Origin: Phallusia mammillata
Taxonomy: Eukaryota
Length of the DNA: 64,000 bases
Reading direction: 5' to 3'
Assembly (NCBI GenBank): GCA_965637545.1
Contig: OZ281500.1
Coordinates: 20,584,001-20,648,000 of the forward strand
Each line of letters starts with the position of its first letter. Positions within the stretch are counted from its first letter, which is position 1. A program made the translations under genes and the position numbers. Below the pieces are notes generated by a model. The model had not been told where the DNA came from, did no database searches, and saw nothing but the letters and a program-made list of their open reading frames with translations. Of this stretch, positions 61,201 to 64,000 are shown one piece after another.

Positions 61201-64000
61201 AGTATATACAACATTGTGAAGGCTTGTTCTATGGGGGTTGCCCATTGTCGGTTTCAAACCGATCGAAAATATTGACATGCAAAGCAAATTAGGACATCCC
61301 GTCGGATCCAATTAGTCAACAGTGTGGATTTCCAATGTCGGCACTATTTGCAAATGATCAAAATCCTTCAATCACGTCTTTGGGTTTGCCATTGCACGAT
61401 GGTGCTATTATCAAATAGGGGATTAACCGAGGCACACCACAGTCAAGGACCTGTTTTGTTTCCTGGCGAACGTCAAGATTCATATGAACAACTGCAAAAA
61501 TCGACTGCGCCAAATCCCTGTTCCCGAGAGACTGGTTGGTACAAACGGAAGAAATAAAACAAACAAATACTGCTTGACATCGATTACAATTTCACTCTAG
61601 CTTGGTCAGTATTAGAAGCGGCCCAAGAGCAATTGATTTTAGAACCCAGGCAAGCGGCAGAGGTATGGTTCAACCAGTTTTTCGTACGCTATAGCTAGTC
61701 CGTGAACATTCTATTTTACGCTGATGAGAGCATAGAGATGCCCTGCCGTTGCATATGATCAGTGCTTCCTACTTGACCAATATGTAATTATAGGATGCCG
61801 CAGATAATGCTTGTCTGTTTGTCCGGGTTAACATAGTGCTATGAAAGACCACAACCACAGGCTATAGTTTAAGACTGACATCCATGTGTTGTAAGTTTAC
61901 AAACTTTTTGTCTCAAGCAATATTTAAACTTAGTCGTTAGTGGCATATGACAGCCTTTTATATTGTTTTCAAACCTGTTAGATTTGGAAAACATTTGGGT
62001 CTTTGGCTTTCCCAACAACAGCATAATAGTATTGATTTTCTTTTGAAATTTTTCTGTTTCATAATCATCAATTATAGAGTTGTTGTACTTCTATGGTTGT
62101 GTATGGTAGCGGCTGTAGATGCGTTTCGACCCGTTCCATGATCAAAACAGAGAAAAAAGTATAGCTAAATATATGTACGAAAATAAGCATGAAAAGGATT
62201 TTTGCAAATTTTACTTTGAAAACGATTTGATCTCTCTGAATGAGTTAAAATGCGAATTTTAACATCTTTTACATCGAATCGCAGACGGAGTGGTAATTTG
62301 CGCACGCGTTCCTTATCAAGGCGAAGAAGATTAAGTTTCAAGTTCGATTGCACAAAGAAAGATAAGACATCGTCAGGGTGTGAGGTTACGAAAACTCGCA
62401 AGCCGTGGGGTGCGAGGTAAAAAGTGATCAGTGACCTTATCTTGTCCAACCTATATAGCTGTCCGCGATGCGTTGAGTACACAGCATAGGGACAACGATA
62501 ATTACGGGCTACTGAACGCAGTTGGTAGCGTGTATAATGCGTAAACAGCGCGGACCAACGAAAATCTCGCACTCTATTGTTGGAGAGACGGGCGCGTCCT
62601 CAGAAGCTGTCCTAACGAGACTCGATCAGAAAAAAGGCGGGACCCATTCTAAACAGTGAAGAAAAGTGGTACGCTGCTTGCAAACGAGTGTTAGAAAGAC
62701 GAGCGGACAGCAGAAACGAAGGAAAGAGATTTAATCCCACTGACGAGAACAGACAGAAAGGGTTGCTGGTGCTCAAGCGTTCCTCTTGTACAGAACAGTA
62801 TTGCATACCATTGTCAGAACATAATGTGGATTTCACATGTCTCTGGCAGCGGATTAGTCAGGGATGAGATTTTCTTCGACTTAATCGCCTTTGTTCTGAA
62901 GAGTCCCGCAGAGGGATGTGTATCATTCCGTGCAGCAAATGCATATTAGTGTTAGAGGTCTGTCATAGCAGCGGCTGTATAGTGAGAGGTTTTAGTAATG
63001 GGTAAGTGTATCAAGATTTCAAAATTTCGTAACCTTTAAGAATAGGCGTAATGTTATAGTGGTAGTTATCTGATTAACGTAAACATATTTCATTTCGCAA
63101 CACACTTTTTCGTCACAGTGTTGACAAGTAATTGCTTTTCTGTAAACAGAACAGCAAACTGTATTACGTATGGCCGCTTGTGTCTTTGGGACGTGGACGT
63201 TACGTAAGGCCACAATTTCTAGGCGCAATTATTAATTTGCCTGGTAAGGTAACTCGTGTATGGAGAAGCTAACGTTATAACCCTGTAATTTGGTAGTTGA
63301 TTTGCGTAGGACCCCCCTGATTACCAAAGAAACATCAACGGCGGTTTATTAAACTGACGAGCCAGCGCAGCCATGTCACTGAAGGTTGTTTACCAAAATG
63401 TTTTAATTGGACAACAGCTGACGCCGGTCCGTTGTCAGATTTTATTGGCCACAATAACGGGTCCTCGTTACGGCGATTTTTACTTCTCACACCGCCAGAG
63501 ACAGTTACTGACTTCAGTCACACGCACAGTGCAGTTAAGAAGCAGAGGGGACAAACAGGCAGGCAGTTAACAGCGCGATAAAACGGCCGGGGCATTAATT
63601 GGCTGAAACTTGACATTACAATATGACAGTCAGGGCCATTTGATTTACAGTCGCTTCTCCCCGCAGCCAATTTGAGTTTTCTCTCAGTTTAGCGAAAGTT
63701 TGCAGCACTGTGAAATTGGTTGAGCCGTGTTATGTTTAGGTAACATTGCCTAACCGTTCAACTTGCCTTTCAGCGGATTGCGTAGCTAATATGTATTGTA
63801 CAATTGCACCGCCGACCGCCCAGGGATTATTGAGTTCTCACTCAGGACATTTTGGATTACCAACGCAGCTCGGGCTAGTACGAGTGCAATCGAGCTGTTC
63901 ATCTTCGGGGTCGGGTAGCGAAAGCGCTTTTGCCCAGCAAAGTCAAACCCTGATCGGCACAAACGCAAAGTACACTGTGATTGGGACCGATGATCTCGCT

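Overview
Eukaryotic, intron-rich, compact invertebrate-chordate DNA. It is most consistent with an ascidian-type genome (many introns of only ~60-100 nt, chordate-like proteins); the species cannot be determined. By hand-splicing on GT/GC-AG signals with phase checks I built seven multi-exon gene models whose spliced lengths are all multiples of 3. (1) A 5'-truncated PIM-family Ser/Thr kinase with a ~880-aa low-complexity N-terminus (+, <2-6909). (2) ZCCHC24 (+, 11864-14325). (3) A PDZ-domain + GRXCR-type glutaredoxin/Cys-rich protein (+, 15680-20191). (4) A cGMP-dependent protein kinase (-, 29279-21365). (5) A secreted mosaic protein: putative lysozyme-like domain, VWA, Thr-rich mucin stalk, pentraxin (-, 40242-32815). 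(6) A very large ~667-aa FGF with a pro-region and a polybasic tail (-, 48649-43517). (7) A ZP-domain membrane protein (-, 60171-57508). Introns and intergenic DNA carry several hAT-type MITEs, most with perfect 8-bp target-site duplications, plus a palindromic repeat containing a decayed hammerhead-ribozyme-like core. No tRNA, rRNA or CRISPR array was found. The most interesting leads are the lysozyme-like/VWA/mucin/pentraxin mosaic, the PDZ-GRXCR fusion, the FGF precursor with an embedded amidation-type motif, the PKA-like residue in PKG cyclic-nucleotide site B, and the hammerhead-like repeats. All family assignments come from remembered motifs, not from database searches.
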